Origin: an uncultured marine group I thaumarchaeote
Lineage (GTDB): Archaea; Thermoproteota; Nitrososphaeria; Nitrososphaerales; Nitrosopumilaceae
Assembly (NCBI GenBank): GCA_902566725.1
Contig: CACFJZ010000002.1
Location: 1,432 to 65,431, forward strand
DNA: 64,000 bases
Reading direction: 5' to 3'
Part shown: in pieces, positions 10,664-20,272 of the stretch
Position numbering within the stretch: position 1 is the stretch's first letter
How the letters are laid out: each line of letters starts with the position of its first letter
Translations under genes and position numbers: made by a program
The notes under the pieces: model-generated
Seen by the model: only the letters and a program-made list of their open reading frames with translations
What the model was told of the DNA's origin: nothing
Database searches by the model: none

Positions 10664-11059
10664 TTATTTTGGGTGAGAACATAATTCAGCCAAAACACCT
10701 TCTAGAGATTTTGGATGAATGAATGTAACTTTGGTTCCTGCAGAACCAGGACGGACCTTTCCTAAGAATTGAACTCCACAACCTTCCATTCTTTCTACTT
10801 CACCATCAATGTCATCAGTTTCTAATGCCATATGGTGTAATCCTTGTCCCTTTTTTTCAAGAAACTTTTTGATTGGACTAGTATCATTAGTTGGTTGCAT
10901 TAACTCTATTCTACCATTTTCCATTGGAATAATTGCAACCTTGACGCCTTCACTTTCAACTGTTTCAAATTCTATCTCATCTATACCAAGTGCATCTTGG
11001 TAGATTTTTGCAGATGCTTCAACATCGTTTACTGCAATTGCAATATGATCAATTTTCAT
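10664..11059 (-). CDS. mce: Methylmalonyl-CoA epimerase
   Basis: IDHIAIAV, IELMQP, GLHHMAL, FIHPKS, LAEL VOC-fold motifs; adjacent to the mutase. Confidence 0.95.
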   Translation of the reverse strand: MKIDHIAIAVNDVEASAKIYQDALGIDEIEFETVESEGVKVAIIPMENGRIELMQPTNDTSPIKKFLEKKGQGLHHMALETDDIDGEVERMEGCGVQFLGKVRPGSAGTKVTFIHPKSLEGVLAELCSHPK

Positions 11060-12658
11060 CTAAAATACCTCTTTTGGCCTATATTCGCCAAATACTTCTC
11101 GTAGTGTATTGCTAATTTCACCTGTGGTAGCATATGCCTTCACAGAATTTAGGATCAGAGGCATTAAATTCTCATTAGTATCTGCAGCAGATTGTAATTT
11201 TGATAGTGCTGAATCGGTCTTTTTGTTATCTCTAGATTTACGTAATGCTTTGATTGCTTTTTCCTGTTTTCTTCCTAACGAGTCATCAATTCTTAGTAGT
11301 TTTTGTTTTGCTTCTTCAGCATCGACAAATTTGTTGACGCCGACTAAAACTCGGGATTCTTCATCAACTTCTTTTTTGAGGCGATATGCATTTTGTCTAA
11401 TTTCGCCTTGGAAGAAACCTTTCTCAATTGCTTTTAGTGAGCCACCCATCTTGTCAATCTTTTTGAGATAAGCCCATGTTTGTTCTTCAATTTCATCACA
11501 TAACTCTTCCAGATAATGAGAACCGGCCATTGGGTCAACGGTTCTTGTAATTCCAGATTCATGTGCAACAATTTGTTGAGTTCTAAGTGCAATTTTTGCA
11601 GACTCTTCAGTTGGCAATGCAAGTGCTTCATCTCTTGAATTTGTATGGAGTGATTGAGTTCCACCCAAAACTGCAGCCATGGTTTGCATTGCAACACGTA
11701 CAATGTTATTGTCAGGTTGTTGTGCAGTTAGTGACTCACCACTTGTTTGAGTATGAAATTTTAATTGTAATGATTTTGGATTTTTTGCATGGAATCTTTC
11801 TTTGAGAATTTTTGCATATACCTTTCTTGCAACTCTGAACTTTGCAATTTCTTCAAAGAATTCAATTGTGCAACAGAAGAAAAATGATAATCTGGGTGCA
11901 AAGTCATCAATTTTTAGTCCCTGCGCCAGGCAAGTCTCTATGTATTGAATGGCATTTGCAATAGTAAATGCAATTTCCTGGACAGCAGTTGAGCCTGCTT
12001 CTCTAATGTGATAGCCAGAAATTGAGACAGGATACCATTGTGGAACCTCTTTTGCACAATATCCAATCATATCACCAATAATACGCATTGATGGTTCGGG
12101 TGGATAGATGTACGTATTTCTTGCAATGTATTCTTTGAGAATATCATTTTGTGTAGTTCCACGTAATTGTTTACTTGAAAATCCTTGTGATTGCCCTACA
12201 GCAATATAATATGCCAATAATGTTGACGCAGTTGCATTAATTGTCATGGAAGTGGAAACTTTGCCCAATTCAATTCCATTGAATACAGTTTCCATATCTT
12301 TTAGCGATGATATTGATACCCCTACTTTTCCAACTTCGCCTTCTGCTTGTGCTGCATCAGGATCATGACCAATTTGAGTTGGCAAATCAAATGCCATTGA
12401 AATTCCTGTTTGTCCTTTTTCTAACATGAATTTGTAACGCTTGTTACTTTGCGCTGCATCACCAAATCCAGCATATTGACGCATAGTCCAGAATCTATCA
12501 CGATACATTCCTTGATGAATTCCTCTTGTGAATGGGAATTTACCTGGTTCTTCTTTTGTTTTCTTTTTTGTAGATTTTTGATAAAATGGCTTGATTGGAA
12601 TGTTTGAATCAGTTACGTATTCTTTTGGTGCGGGTTTTGTTTCTTTTTTTGCTGCCAT
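11060..12658 (-). CDS. Methylmalonyl-CoA mutase, large (substrate-binding) subunit; 3HP/4HB cycle
   Basis: PGKFPFTRG, WTMRQYAGFG, QNDILKEY, ISGYHIREAG, QSLHTNSRDEALALP. Confidence 0.96.
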   Translation of the reverse strand: MAAKKETKPAPKEYVTDSNIPIKPFYQKSTKKKTKEEPGKFPFTRGIHQGMYRDRFWTMRQYAGFGDAAQSNKRYKFMLEKGQTGISMAFDLPTQIGHDPDAAQAEGEVGKVGVSISSLKDMETVFNGIELGKVSTSMTINATASTLLAYYIAVGQSQGFSSKQLRGTTQNDILKEYIARNTYIYPPEPSMRIIGDMIGYCAKEVPQWYPVSISGYHIREAGSTAVQEIAFTIANAIQYIETCLAQGLKIDDFAPRLSFFFCCTIEFFEEIAKFRVARKVYAKILKERFHAKNPKSLQLKFHTQTSGESLTAQQPDNNIVRVAMQTMAAVLGGTQSLHTNSRDEALALPTEESAKIALRTQQIVAHESGITRTVDPMAGSHYLEELCDEIEEQTWAYLKKIDKMGGSLKAIEKGFFQGEIRQNAYRLKKEVDEESRVLVGVNKFVDAEEAKQKLLRIDDSLGRKQEKAIKALRKSRDNKKTDSALSKLQSAADTNENLMPLILNSVKAYATTGEISNTLREVFGEYRPKEVF

Positions 12659-12664
12659 ATTTTA

Positions 12665-13582
12665 TCACTTCATGAAATTTTTGGTTAATTTATCTGCAGC
12701 CTCAAATGGATCCATCTTTTTTTCTTGGACTTTTTTGAGATAAGTTGCAAATGATTTGTTTTTGCCAATCATTGTTGAAATTTCTTGCCTAACGTTATTT
12801 AAAATAATATCTTCCAATTCAGATTCTAGACGAGTTTTTTCAGAATCTTTTTTCTCTTTTGCCTTTGCTTTCATCATATCTTTGAGATTTGTAGCAAGCT
12901 CTTTGATGCCTTTGTTTTTCTTTACTGATGTTTTTAGAATTACAGCCTCTTCTTCGGCAGTTCCAATAAAATCTTGCAATGCTTGAAATAATTGAGTTGC
13001 GCCATCCAAGTCACTCTTATTGACAAGATAGATATCGCCAATCTCGGTAATTCCAGCTTTTATTGTTTGAATGCTATCTCCAGTATGGGGATTAAATGTT
13101 ACAACTGTAATGTCTGCAATCTTTGAAATGTCAACTTCGGTTTGACCGGCACCAACACTTTCAATTATGATTGGATTGAATCCTGCGTATTCTAACACAC
13201 GTAAACTATTGCGAACTGAATGTGCTATAGCACCAGTTGCACCACGTGATGCTATACTTCGGATGTAAGTACCAGTATCAGTAGATTCTGACATTCTAAC
13301 ACGGTCACCCAAAATTGCACCACCTGTAACATGGCTAGTAGGATCAACTGCCAATACAGCAGGTTTTAGTTTCAATTTTTTTAATTCCATAGATAGTTTG
13401 TTGATAAGAGATGATTTTCCAGCACCGGCAGGACCTGTGATTCCTATTACAGATGCTTTTCCAGATGATTTGTAGATTTTTTTAACTAATTTTCTTGCTT
13501 CTGAAGGATCATTTTCCATTATGGAAATGGCTTTTGCAATAGCACCTCTCTTTGCTTTTTTCAAATCAGGTAATAGTGCCAT
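12665..13582 (-). CDS. meaB: MeaB/ArgK GTPase chaperone of methylmalonyl-CoA mutase
   Basis: GITGPAGAGKSS, AVDPTS, GGAILGDRVRM, ESVGAGQ, NKSD; start taken as ATG 13582. Confidence 0.93.
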   Translation of the reverse strand: MALLPDLKKAKRGAIAKAISIMENDPSEARKLVKKIYKSSGKASVIGITGPAGAGKSSLINKLSMELKKLKLKPAVLAVDPTSHVTGGAILGDRVRMSESTDTGTYIRSIASRGATGAIAHSVRNSLRVLEYAGFNPIIIESVGAGQTEVDISKIADITVVTFNPHTGDSIQTIKAGITEIGDIYLVNKSDLDGATQLFQALQDFIGTAEEEAVILKTSVKKNKGIKELATNLKDMMKAKAKEKKDSEKTRLESELEDIILNNVRQEISTMIGKNKSFATYLKKVQEKKMDPFEAADKLTKNFMK

Positions 13583-13662
13583 ACAAATCCGTGACTTTCC
13601 CTGATTAAAAATCTTAGATGTTACGAAGAAAGATTTTAAAGACAAATTTAGAGGATAACAGT

Positions 13663-14085
13663 ATGAAGCAAAAAGCACAGTCACGACGTGTAAAAATTCT
13701 AGTTGCTAAATTAGGTCTAGATGGACACGATAGAGGAGCACTAGTTCTTTGTAGGGCATTTCGAGATGCAGGTATGGAGGTAATCTATTCAGGATTGTTT
13801 GCAACACCAGACAGAATTGCCCAAATTGTTGAAGACGAAGATGCAGATGCTGTTGCATTAAGTTTGCTTAATGGCGCTCATGGAACTTTGTTTCCAAGAG
13901 TTGTAAAAGAATTGAAAAAGAAAAAGATCACAGACGTACTTGTTGTCGGCGGAGGAGTAATTCCTGAAGAAGATAAGAAGGTATTAGAAAAAGCAGGGGT
14001 TTCAGGAAACTTTGGTCCAGGAACATCACTAGACATTATCATCGATCACATTACAAAAGGCGTGTCTAAATTAAGAAAACTCTAA
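13663..14085 (+). CDS. Methylmalonyl-CoA mutase, small cobalamin-binding subunit
   Basis: AKLGLDGHDRG (DxHxxG) B12-binding motif, VGGGVIP; start ATG 13663. Confidence 0.95.
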   Translation: MKQKAQSRRVKILVAKLGLDGHDRGALVLCRAFRDAGMEVIYSGLFATPDRIAQIVEDEDADAVALSLLNGAHGTLFPRVVKELKKKKITDVLVVGGGVIPEEDKKVLEKAGVSGNFGPGTSLDIIIDHITKGVSKLRKL

Positions 14086-14087
14086 GA

Positions 14088-14447
14088 TTATTTCATTAAC
14101 CAAGACCAGTATCCGGACATGAATGGTTTATCACCATGAATTTTTACACGTGCAACAGAGTTATTTTGTTTGAAGTTTTTTTGTATAATTTTCATTATGT
14201 CTCTTTCATCCTTCACAGAACTGTTTGCTAAACGAGCAACTTCAACTAATTTTTTAATAAATTCCACACGTGCAAATACATCATAAAACCACCATCCCAT
14301 TGCAAATTCAGCTTCAGTGCTAAACTTGTAACCATTTTCAACTTTGCACTTTGCTTCAAATTCGTTAAAAATAGATTTCAATATGTTTAGGTCATTATCA
14401 AAGTCTTGAGATGATATTGAGAAAATAGGAATCCAAGTCATATTCAA
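14088..14447 (-). CDS. Hypothetical protein
   Basis: 119-aa ORF filling the gap downstream of ilvC; no recognised motif. Confidence 0.65.
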   Translation of the reverse strand: MNMTWIPIFSISSQDFDNDLNILKSIFNEFEAKCKVENGYKFSTEAEFAMGWWFYDVFARVEFIKKLVEVARLANSSVKDERDIMKIIQKNFKQNNSVARVKIHGDKPFMSGYWSWLMK

Positions 14448-14466
14448 ACATTATAGTTTGAAGAAT

Positions 14467-15465
14467 TTATTCAGTAGAGTCTGGCCACATCATCTTTCTC
14501 ATCTGTTTTCCTACAGTTTCGATTTGATGATTGTCTAACTCTTTCATGTATTTATCAAATGCAGCCTTACCTTCATTTTGATAATTATCAATCCATTCTT
14601 TGTTGAATGTTCCGTCTTGAATCATTTCAAGTACTTTTTTCATTCTGTCTTTGGAATCAGATGTCATTACCATTGGACCTCTAGTGAGTCCTCCGTATCT
14701 TGCAGTTTCTGAAACACGTCTCCACATTCCATTAATTCCGTATCTTTGAATCATATCTACAATTAATTTTAGTTCGTGTAATACCTCAAAGTATGCGATT
14801 TCAGGTTGATAGCCTGCTTCAACTAATGTTTCAAATGCATTGACTACCATAGATGCTGAACCCCCACACAAGTCTGCTTGTTCTCCAAACCAGTCAGTTT
14901 CAACTTCTTCTTTGAATGTTGTTTGGATTAATCCTGCACGTGCACTGCCAATTGCTTTTGCAATTCCTAGGGTTCTATCCCATGCTTTTCCTGTTTTGTC
15001 TTGTTCTACTGCAACAATTGATGGAGTTCCAAAGTTTTGCTGGTATGTTTCTCTAACTTTTGAGCCAGGACCTTTTGGTGCCACCATAATTAGATCAACG
15101 TTTTCGGGTGCGTCAATCCATTTCCAGTAAATTGCTGCTGCATGTGAAAATGATAATGCGTTTCCTTCTGAGAGGTTTGGGCCAATTTCTTCTTTGTACA
15201 CTTTTGCTTGAACCATATCAGGAAGTAAAATATGAACAATGTCTGCCTGTTTTGTGGCATCGGCAACTGACATGACCTCATGACCGTCTTCTTTTGCTTT
15301 GTTCCATGTTGGACTGCCTTCTCTTAGACCAACAATAACTTTCAAACCCGAATCTTTCATGTTATTTGCCTGTGCATCACCTTGAATACCATATCCAATT
15401 ACTGCAACTGTTTGGTCTTTGATAGGGTCAAGACTGATGTCTGCGTCTTTCCATGTCTTTGCCAT
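14467..15465 (-). CDS. ilvC: Ketol-acid reductoisomerase
   Basis: AVIGYGIQG, VAPKGPG, ETDWFGEQADLCGG, AYFEVLHELKLIVD, SETARYG; start ATG 15465. Confidence 0.96.
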   Translation of the reverse strand: MAKTWKDADISLDPIKDQTVAVIGYGIQGDAQANNMKDSGLKVIVGLREGSPTWNKAKEDGHEVMSVADATKQADIVHILLPDMVQAKVYKEEIGPNLSEGNALSFSHAAAIYWKWIDAPENVDLIMVAPKGPGSKVRETYQQNFGTPSIVAVEQDKTGKAWDRTLGIAKAIGSARAGLIQTTFKEEVETDWFGEQADLCGGSASMVVNAFETLVEAGYQPEIAYFEVLHELKLIVDMIQRYGINGMWRRVSETARYGGLTRGPMVMTSDSKDRMKKVLEMIQDGTFNKEWIDNYQNEGKAAFDKYMKELDNHQIETVGKQMRKMMWPDSTE

Positions 15466-15513
15466 ACACAAACTCAAAGTCAAGCAAATATAATCTATTA
15501 ACTAACGATATTC

Positions 15514-15753
15514 ATGTTTGCAGATAATCCCAAGATTTTGAAATTGCTGGTAATTGGCATTTTTGCAGTGGTAGTTCCTCTCAGCATTATAGGAATCAAC
15601 ATGTTTGAGAAAAATGTTACAAATCCACGAATATGGGAAAATTGGACATGTGATGAGATAGAAAAATTTGCATTAGAAAACAGAGATGACAATCTAAATG
15701 ACTTTCAAGCAAGTAGATTTCATGAGGATTTATCAGAGTGTTTGTCTAAATAG
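15514..15753 (+). CDS. Small membrane-anchored hypothetical protein
   Basis: One N-terminal hydrophobic helix, two Cys in the soluble part. Confidence 0.7.
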   Translation: MFADNPKILKLLVIGIFAVVVPLSIIGINMFEKNVTNPRIWENWTCDEIEKFALENRDDNLNDFQASRFHEDLSECLSK

Positions 15754-15865
15754 TAATGACTTTTTTGCATTTAGCACATTGAACCTTTACACCGTCAGAT
15801 TCTAGTCTTTCAAATTTTTTAGATCCACAATCAGGACATATGGGACATGCTCTTGCAGGTTTCAT
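15746..15865 (-). CDS. 39-aa zinc-ribbon micro-protein (not in ORF track)
   Basis: MKPARACPICPDCGSKKFERLESDGVKVQCAKCKKVITI*; start overlaps the aSelBL stop as ATGA. Confidence 0.75.
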   Translation of the reverse strand: MKPARACPICPDCGSKKFERLESDGVKVQCAKCKKVITI

Positions 15866-16779
15866 TGTATAGTGCCACTTCCAATTATTCGTACGGTATT
15901 AGATTCGGGTTTTAGTAGAACACAAACATCTCCAGGCATTATGATGACAGGTTTTTCAAAGGTTAATTTCATAGGAGAAACAGATGCAAACTTTGCCGCC
16001 TTTATCTGAAGACCTACACTTACAAGACACATTTGATTTTCTGCAAGTGTTGCCTTGAAGAATTGGTTTTGTTTAAAGTCAATATTGATTTCAGTTACGG
16101 TTTTGATAGAAGTGTCATTTGACAATACATCTCCACGCGTAATTTCATCATGTTTTATGTTTTTGAGAGATAATCCAACTCGTGCAGGAGAGATCGATTC
16201 TTTTACATCATCATCGTGCATTTGAATTGATTTTACCATAGCTTCAATCTCAGAAGGATAGTGTTGAATTTTGTCATATTGAGTAATCTTTCCTGACATA
16301 ACCTTTCCTAATGCTACAGTTCCTACACCCTTTACATCAAAAGTATGATCAATTACAATACTTGTATTTCCATCTTTTTTTGCAGTTGGAAAGTTTACCA
16401 GTTCCTCTTTTATCTTGTCTTGTTCAACTTTTTTGTATCCTTCAAGAACAGTTCCTTTAATCATCAAGTCTAGTCTTGTTTCATCAACATCGTACGAATG
16501 AGATAGAATTCCTTCTTTTTTTCCTAGTGCGTCTAATGCAAGAATTTGTTCTCCAGTAAATTTGTCAAGTGTATTCACATGAAATATTACATATTCGGCA
16601 AGTGCAATTGCTTGAAACAGAGGTTGAATTTTTTCAGGGAATCCATTTGGAGTAACAAAGGTATAGATTTTTTGTGCTTCTTTTCTGTCAAATAGTGTTA
16701 AATCTGTAGATGTGCCTTTTTTTCCAAAATCAGTTGCAATTTCTTGATCACCTAAAATAACAAAATTTACAGATTCCAT
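15862..16779 (-). CDS. Archaeal SelB-like protein (aSelBL): EF-Tu domains II/III with degenerate G domain
   Basis: GKKGTSTDLT N-terminus, IDHTFDVKGVGTVALG, VKSIQMHD, RVGLSLKN, RIIGSG. Confidence 0.85.
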   Translation of the reverse strand: MESVNFVILGDQEIATDFGKKGTSTDLTLFDRKEAQKIYTFVTPNGFPEKIQPLFQAIALAEYVIFHVNTLDKFTGEQILALDALGKKEGILSHSYDVDETRLDLMIKGTVLEGYKKVEQDKIKEELVNFPTAKKDGNTSIVIDHTFDVKGVGTVALGKVMSGKITQYDKIQHYPSEIEAMVKSIQMHDDDVKESISPARVGLSLKNIKHDEITRGDVLSNDTSIKTVTEINIDFKQNQFFKATLAENQMCLVSVGLQIKAAKFASVSPMKLTFEKPVIIMPGDVCVLLKPESNTVRIIGSGTIQ

Positions 16780-16794
16780 GATTAATCACTGATT

Positions 16795-18015
16795 TTATCC
16801 AGTGGATTTCTTTGTTGCGCTTACAAGAGATATGACATCTCTATCTCGTAATTGATAATGTGTTGGCAAACGAAGATTATACCTCAAATCTTTAGCATGC
16901 AGTAATCCTTTTGACAGATCCGTGTGAATTTCATTTGCCAAGTTCTTTACAGTAGCGCCATCTTTTAGTAAGAATAGATCAGGAAGTACACGTCCTTTCT
17001 TATCAGACAGATTTGTTTCATCAGCGACAGGGAAAATTGCATTCATTTTCAATAATTTGAAAACAGTGACATTGATTGCAAATTGTACTCCTGTACGCAT
17101 GTATTCTCCCATGATATCTTGTTTGATGAAGTTTAGTGCGTTTGTTTGTTTTTCGTTCAAGTCTTCAGGTTTTACAACATCAAACTGTTCAGAGCCAGGC
17201 GAATATTTGATCAAATCTTGTTGTTCAGCACGTCTCAAAGTTAACTCACTGTCTGCGCTTGCAGGAACGGTAATAACCTCATTATATCTTTCACGAAGGC
17301 GATTAAAGTTTTCATCAGCACCTGGAACGTCAATCTTGTTTGCAACGATTAGAGTGGGTTTTGATATCTTACGTAAAATTTTTGCAAATTCTTTTGTCTG
17401 TCCCATTTCAAAATCATCAAATTGGGTATCTTCAAGTTCAGTAGTTTTTAGTGCTTGAATCACATGTGATTTTTTTACTCCAATTCCTTGGTATAATTCA
17501 GTTAAAGCATCTACTTGATCTGCACCATCTCGAATATTTTTTGATAGTTTGTCACGATTACCTTCGAGAATTTTTTGATACCACATTACCAACTCTTCTT
17601 CAATGTCAGCAAAGTCAGATACTGGATCACCTGAACCCGGCTCAGTAATTTTTCCTGTTGAATCTATACTGCCAGAACAATCAACAACATGAAGTAATGC
17701 ATCAGATTGAGCAGCAATTGAGAGGAACTGATTTCCTAATCCTTTTCCTTTCCATGCATCTTTGATTAATCCAGGTAAATCAATTAGTTCAATTGGAATG
17801 TAACGCCATCCATCAATACATTTGGACCCATTGGGTTCACATTGTACGTTGAATTCCCTGCATACACATAAAGTGATTGCTTGCGCAGTTCCATTTTGTG
17901 GTTTTTTAGTTGTAAATGGGTAAGTGGAAATTTCAGTAGAGGCTAATGTAGCAGAATTAAAAAATGTAGTTTTACCTGTATTGGTTTTTCCTATAATTCC
18001 AATCTTAATTGCCAT
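16795..18015 (-). CDS. ychF: YchF/Ola1-family OBG NTPase with C-terminal TGS domain
   Basis: GKTNTGKTTFF, YPFTT, DLPGL, GLGNQFL, NKID, IHTDL. Confidence 0.9.
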   Translation of the reverse strand: MAIKIGIIGKTNTGKTTFFNSATLASTEISTYPFTTKKPQNGTAQAITLCVCREFNVQCEPNGSKCIDGWRYIPIELIDLPGLIKDAWKGKGLGNQFLSIAAQSDALLHVVDCSGSIDSTGKITEPGSGDPVSDFADIEEELVMWYQKILEGNRDKLSKNIRDGADQVDALTELYQGIGVKKSHVIQALKTTELEDTQFDDFEMGQTKEFAKILRKISKPTLIVANKIDVPGADENFNRLRERYNEVITVPASADSELTLRRAEQQDLIKYSPGSEQFDVVKPEDLNEKQTNALNFIKQDIMGEYMRTGVQFAINVTVFKLLKMNAIFPVADETNLSDKKGRVLPDLFLLKDGATVKNLANEIHTDLSKGLLHAKDLRYNLRLPTHYQLRDRDVISLVSATKKSTG

Positions 18016-18048
18016 GGATTGTTTTTGTTATTGATTGTATTTATCTGA

Positions 18049-18414
18049 TTATTTTTTGAGTTTATTTTCTATATTTGAGATAGTGTTTTGAATCTCCTTT
18101 AGATTCCATTTCATTTCTTCTAGTTGTTCAGAAGTCACTTCATCCTTCCATTTATCAAGAATTGTTTTTGTTATTTCAGTACAATTGTATAATACCGCCC
18201 AGTATGGATGGTGTTCTGCAGTTGTATATGCTAATTCAGCAGCATCTTCAACTCCTAGCTTTGCACGAATTACAGAATCCATTTTTTCTCCAAAAATTTT
18301 TACAGAGTCATAATCAAGATCAGATTCAATTTTGATTTGTAATTGTTTTTTTTCAAACTTTTCTACCAAGAGTTTTAATTCTTCATAAAATGATTGAAAG
18401 GAATTATCAGACAT
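18049..18414 (-). CDS. Hypothetical helical protein
   Basis: 121-aa ORF with a TAATG overlap to the upstream gene. Confidence 0.75.
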   Translation of the reverse strand: MSDNSFQSFYEELKLLVEKFEKKQLQIKIESDLDYDSVKIFGEKMDSVIRAKLGVEDAAELAYTTAEHHPYWAVLYNCTEITKTILDKWKDEVTSEQLEEMKWNLKEIQNTISNIENKLKK

Positions 18415-18824
18415 TATGCTAACCTTCTATGTTCTGCTAGCATACATCTATTGTATACAACCTCGATTCCTGCATCTTTGGCAAGCTTTTCTGCCTCTTC
18501 ATTGTGTATTCCTTCTTGAAGCCAGATTACTTTAGGTTTTTTCTTTATTGCCTCTTTAATTATTGGTAAGACTTGGTCAGATGGTCTAAACACATCTACA
18601 ATATCAACATCGTCAGGTACATCAGTAATTTCATCATAGCATTGTTTTTTCAGTATAACATCTGCATTTGGATTAACAGGAGTTATCTCGTATCCATTTT
18701 CATGCAAATATTTGGGAACATAATGTGCAGCCTTGTCTGGATTTTTTGACATGCCCACAACTGCAACTTTTTTCATCTTTAAAATTTCTAAAATTTCTTC
18801 ATCAGAATGAGGATCGTCTTCCAT
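18414..18824 (-). CDS. CoA-binding protein (YccU-like)
   Basis: VAVVGMS, PVNP, DIVDVFR, IWLQEGI, NRCM. Confidence 0.9.
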   Translation of the reverse strand: MEDDPHSDEEILEILKMKKVAVVGMSKNPDKAAHYVPKYLHENGYEITPVNPNADVILKKQCYDEITDVPDDVDIVDVFRPSDQVLPIIKEAIKKKPKVIWLQEGIHNEEAEKLAKDAGIEVVYNRCMLAEHRRLA

Positions 18825-18853
18825 GAAAAAAATTATTTTTTTGAACTAATATG

Positions 18854-18973
18854 TTAATCGTCGTGTTCATGTTCTGATAGATGACAATCACAGTCACATA
18901 ATTCAGTGGTATGATTATTTTGGCAATCAATACACTCAAAGTGTTTATGATTTTCACAGCTAGAGCAGATCAT
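18854..18973 (-). CDS. 39-aa Cys/His-rich metallothionein-like peptide (not in ORF track)
   Basis: MICSSCENHKHFECIDCQNNHTTELCDCDCHLSEHEHDD*; AT-rich TATA-like box ~22-30 nt upstream. Confidence 0.7.
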   Translation of the reverse strand: MICSSCENHKHFECIDCQNNHTTELCDCDCHLSEHEHDD

Positions 18974-19052
18974 AGATACTATACAACTGCGTCTTATTTA
19001 TTATATTTCTCAAAAACTTTAGTTATTATTACGATAGATACGTCTCAAGATT

Positions 19053-19883
19053 GTGGATATTTCTGTAGGACACACACCAGATTCTGATGATGCATTCATG
19101 TTTTATGCAATGTTTACTGAAAAGGTGAAATCTGACGATTTTTCTGTCACACATGTCATTGAAGATATTGAAAATTTGAATAAAAAAGCAAAAAACCCCG
19201 AGCTAGATGTTACTGCAGTTTCAGTACATGCTTGTGCATACATTCCAAATTATGTTATGTTAAGAAGTGGAGGAAGTTTTGGCATTAATTATGGTCCAAT
19301 TGTCACAGCAACAAAACCAATGACCATAGATGAGATAAAAAAATCAAAAATTGCAATTCCAGGAGAGATGACATCTGCATATTTACTCTTACAATTAATG
19401 ATTGGAAAATTTGATTATGTTGAAATGAACTTTAGTGACATACCAGAAGCAGTCAGGAGTGGAAAAGTTGACGTGGGATTAGTCATTCATGAAACACAAC
19501 TATCATTTGGAGAAGAAGGAATACAAAAAATTCTTGATGTCGGGGAATGGTGGCATGAAATATCAAGAGGATTGCCTGTACCATTAGGAGTAAATGTAAT
19601 GAGTGAAAAGTTAGGCGAAGATCTGATTCATAAATTTGATTTGTATTTACAAGAATCTATCAAGTTTGCAAGAGATAACATACCAGATGCCCTTGATTAT
19701 GCAATGAAGTATAGTAGAGGGAAATCAAGAGAATTAATTGAGAAATTTGTACTCATGTATGTCAATGAGGTAACAGTTGACATGGGAGAAGCAGGAGAAA
19801 AAGCTGTCAGATTGATGTTCGATATGGCAAAAAAGAAAGGACTTGTTCCAGAATTTGAATTAAAAATTTCAAAACCGTTATGA
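19053..19883 (+). CDS. mqnD: 1,4-dihydroxy-6-naphthoate synthase (futalosine menaquinone pathway)
   Basis: GHTPDSDDAFMFYA, SFGINYGP, IAIPGEMTSA, LVIHE, LPVPLG, MYVN. Confidence 0.9.
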   Translation: MDISVGHTPDSDDAFMFYAMFTEKVKSDDFSVTHVIEDIENLNKKAKNPELDVTAVSVHACAYIPNYVMLRSGGSFGINYGPIVTATKPMTIDEIKKSKIAIPGEMTSAYLLLQLMIGKFDYVEMNFSDIPEAVRSGKVDVGLVIHETQLSFGEEGIQKILDVGEWWHEISRGLPVPLGVNVMSEKLGEDLIHKFDLYLQESIKFARDNIPDALDYAMKYSRGKSRELIEKFVLMYVNEVTVDMGEAGEKAVRLMFDMAKKKGLVPEFELKISKPL

Positions 19884-20144
19884 TCGTCTTTTTTTTCTAA
19901 ACAATGAAAGACCAAGAAACATACCACCTGCTAAAAGAATAGTTATTCCTATAGAGAGTTCAATTTGCAGTCTTTTATGGATCTCTTTTGTTTCAGAATC
20001 TAATGATGCATACATTTGAGAATCCATGTTATCAAAATATTGAATTTGTGGATAGTCAAATACGGTAACAAATGTTCCAAGAATTAACAAGATGATTCCA
20101 ATAAAAAACCAAGTGGAGTTTATGATGTTAAACATAATGTTCAT
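19878..20144 (-). CDS. Two-TM hypothetical membrane protein
   Basis: Two hydrophobic segments, basic C-terminal tail. Confidence 0.7.
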   Translation of the reverse strand: MNIMFNIINSTWFFIGIILLILGTFVTVFDYPQIQYFDNMDSQMYASLDSETKEIHKRLQIELSIGITILLAGGMFLGLSLFRKKRRS

Positions 20145-20272
20145 CTCATATACTAATTATAAAATCAAAAGATCAATCATGATACAAGTGATATTAAGAT
20201 TAGAATTGTTGACTTGGCACTAGGTAAAGAAAAATTTCTAGCTTATATCGTCAAAAAACCTTTTGATATTTA

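Noticed and set aside
15862-16779. SelB-like gene as evidence of selenocysteine usage
   Set aside because: Degenerate G domain marks it as aSelBL; I saw no in-frame TGA readthrough candidate or Sec machinery in the window
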